A DNA stretch of 60,338 nucleotides, filler included, from an uncultured bacterium (lineage in GTDB: Bacteria; Auribacterota; CAZIXI01): assembly GCA_964543115.1 (NCBI GenBank). It is 3 parts of 3 records of this genome, joined end to end, with 100 filler letters (N's around TTAATTAATTAA, not from the genome) between each part and the next. Parts side by side here need not be neighbours in the genome. Positions count along the whole stretch, not along the records: positions 40,476 to 60,338 come from CAZIXI010000035.1; 2 more parts are not named here. The stretch is one strand, 5' to 3'. Below are positions 58,699 through 60,338 of this stretch, in pieces. How positions within the stretch are numbered: position 1 is the stretch's first letter; each line of letters starts with the position of its first letter. Under the pieces are notes generated by a model. It was not told where the DNA came from. It was given only the letters and a program-made list of their open reading frames with translations, and did not search any database. The translations under genes and the position numbers were made by a program.

Positions 58699-59502
58699 TT
58701 AAGTGTTAAGAGCTTGTGGTTGAGGGGGTGAGGGGGCGTCGGTAGTGTTTTGGGTAAGCTGATTCTTAGTGCCGACATGGGAATGCCCGATGAAAGTGGC
58801 TCCTTCTCGGACAATCAGGGCCGGCGAAATTATTTTTCCGTTAATTCTGGCTGTAGAACGCAGCTCTACTTTCACCTCGGCAATAATTTCTCCTTCGAAA
58901 CGTCCGGCGACGACAAGTGATCCCGTATTAATGTTGCCTTCCACATTGCCGTTAACCGCGATAAAGATATTGCCTTTTGTTTCTAACTCACCCTGAAACC
59001 GGCCTTCAATCTCGTAATTTTGCAGATTGATCCTGTTGCCGCACTCGGAACAAAAACTGGAAAGTGCTGTTGTCGGCACCTTCAGCGGGGCGCAGCAGTT
59101 AGGGCAGGAAATATCTTTATTGGTGAAAAGAGAATCTGTCTTTTCCAGCGGATCCCTTGTCTCTTCTTCCGTTTGAGGGTCTCCGGCTGTTTTTGCTTGT
59201 CCTCCGGTAGAAACACCTTTTTGGAAGGATATCCGCTGCTGGCAGTTTTTACAATAGGCAGAAAGAGCACTTGCTAATACTTCCTGAATAGTCTGGCAAA
59301 AAGGGCAGGAGACCGCTTTTGTTTTAGGTGTCCATTTAGGGGCCTGCTCTTTGTCAGCAGTTTTTAGCTTGCTGACATCAATTCGGCTGCGGCAGTTCTG
59401 ACAATAGGCCGAGAGGGTGGAGCTGCCAATCTCCTGTTCTTCCAGGCAGACAGGACACCTGACAATCTGTGTTTTTGGACGATTTTTAAATAATGGGAAC
59501 AT
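58699..59502 (-). CDS. Bactofilin (polymer-forming cytoskeletal protein) with three N-terminal zinc-ribbon repeats
   Basis: CPVC..CQNC, CPFC..CKNC, CPNC..CSEC, then IEGRFQGELETKGNIFIAVNGNVEGNI..VKVELRSTARINGKI..LIVREGATFIG. Confidence 0.88.
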   Translation of the reverse strand: MFPLFKNRPKTQIVRCPVCLEEQEIGSSTLSAYCQNCRSRIDVSKLKTADKEQAPKWTPKTKAVSCPFCQTIQEVLASALSAYCKNCQQRISFQKGVSTGGQAKTAGDPQTEEETRDPLEKTDSLFTNKDISCPNCCAPLKVPTTALSSFCSECGNRINLQNYEIEGRFQGELETKGNIFIAVNGNVEGNINTGSLVVAGRFEGEIIAEVKVELRSTARINGKIISPALIVREGATFIGHSHVGTKNQLTQNTTDAPSPPQPQALNT

Positions 59503-59607
59503 AAACGATTCATAGAGCAGAGAAACGCAGAGTCAGGCAGATTTGTCTCGGGATGAATTATACTATAGTCCGTGTTAGTCTGCGTCGTTTGCGTCAGTCT
59601 CTGCTGC

Positions 59608-60147
59608 TTAAAAGGTTATTTGGTTTTCCAGAGAATCTTCTTCTTCGGTGTAACTCTTTTTGGCTTTGTTGTTTTCCTGGCTGACTTCCGGTTCGACTTC
59701 CGACGGATTGACGTTAGAGTTGCCGACAAAAACCACGCCTTCTTCCATACTTAAACGGCTTGCTTCAATATTGCCGAAGATTTGTGCAGGGGCGCGGAGC
59801 TCGACTTTGTCGTTGGCGGTAATATTACCGTAGATTCTACCTTCGGCAATAAGGTTGCCCACCCGGACATCCGCTTTTACTTCTGCGTCGCGGCCCACGA
59901 TTAAAACTCCGCCTTCGGAATTGAGGTCTCCCTCGAATTTACCGTTAATGGAAAGTTTTTCTTTAAAGTTCAGGGATCCGTTAAATTCAACATCTGCTCC
60001 TAAGGTTACGGAAGAAACTTTCGACGTGTCAGTCGGTAAGTCCTCGGTAACGGACCGCGGTCGTGTAAATACGCTTACCATATCTACCTCCTTTTCTGGT
60101 TGTTCGGTGCGTTTTGCGAACCAATTTTTTTTAGTATTTTTTTTCAA
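59608..60147 (-). CDS. Bactofilin (polymer-forming cytoskeletal protein)
   Basis: LGADVEFNGSL, INGKFEGDL, VELRAPAQIFGNIEASRLSMEEGVVFVG; TTG start after GGAGG. Confidence 0.92.
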   Translation of the reverse strand: MKKNTKKNWFAKRTEQPEKEVDMVSVFTRPRSVTEDLPTDTSKVSSVTLGADVEFNGSLNFKEKLSINGKFEGDLNSEGGVLIVGRDAEVKADVRVGNLIAEGRIYGNITANDKVELRAPAQIFGNIEASRLSMEEGVVFVGNSNVNPSEVEPEVSQENNKAKKSYTEEEDSLENQITF

Positions 60148-60195
60148 ATGTCCTCCTTGCCTTCGTCCTTGCCTTCGTATAAGGCTGCTGGAAAA

Positions 60196-60224
60196 ATTAT
60201 AGTCTGGTTGCCGGCCCTTGTCAA
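60196..60224 (-). promoter_or_regulatory. Perfect-consensus sigma70 promoter for the bactofilin genes
   Basis: Reverse complement gives TTGACA (60224-60219), a 17-bp spacer and TATAAT (60201-60196). Confidence 0.8.
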
Positions 60225-60272
60225 CAACAATTCCTGGTTTTGCCGCCTATAATTTCATCCCGCGCGAGAAGA

Positions 60273-60332
60273 CCCCGGGTGTAAGCCCGGGGATGAGAGC
60301 GCTGCGGGATGGAGCAAAGCTCAATCCCGCAG
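60273..60332. repeat. Two adjacent GC-rich hairpins resembling IS200/IS605 subterminal or REP structures
   Basis: CCCCGGG-tgtaag-CCCGGGG (60273-60292) and CTGCGGGAT-g-GAGC-aaa-GCTC-a-ATCCCGCAG (60302-60332). Confidence 0.5.
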
Positions 60333-60338
60333 TAGTGG

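Noticed and set aside
60154..60177. 12-bp tandem duplication TCCTTGCCTTCG x2 upstream of the bactofilin RBS
   Set aside because: Only two units and no spacers; not a CRISPR array and no evident function.
1..60338. CRISPR arrays, tRNA/rRNA genes, prophage, intact transposases or recognisable anti-phage systems
   Set aside because: None recognised. The GHKL domain lies inside a signal-peptide giant protein without nuclease partners, so a defence-system call is unsupported.

Overview
This bacterial window is three contigs joined by artificial 44N-TTAATTAATTAA-44N linkers (20218-20317 and 40376-40475), so adjacency across the linkers is unproven. Contig 1 holds a LamG/repeat surface protein, a beta-CASP metallo-hydrolase and pcrA/uvrD. 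It then holds two very large signal-peptide proteins that share a ~570-aa N-terminal module but carry different C-terminal cargo: zincin + M48 protease + ABC1/UbiB kinase in one, a rearranged GHKL ATPase + propeller-like repeats in the other. Contig 2 starts with two more giant proteins carrying normally cytoplasmic sugar enzymes (UGPase-like and HAD-like; two phosphohexomutases and a PGI-like region). These are followed by a trehalose/hexose cluster (GT2, PQ-loop protein, TreT, eukaryote-type hexokinase, sugar ABC transporter), htpX and lemA. Contig 3 is the S10-spc-alpha ribosomal superoperon (no rpmD, frameshifted rplE), an M16 peptidase, two hypothetical genes and two bactofilins. Giant secreted multi-enzyme genes, the rpoA N-terminus and loss of L30 suggest an Omnitrophota-like lineage (inference). 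The main candidate novelty is a modular carrier-plus-cargo family of exported giant proteins with a Tiki/EreA-like N-terminal module, a possible C-terminal tail signal and a candidate sigma-54 promoter. Three reading-frame lesions (24713, 25183, 44944) may be assembly errors. No tRNA, rRNA, CRISPR array or intact transposase was recognised. All domain calls are from motifs read by eye.
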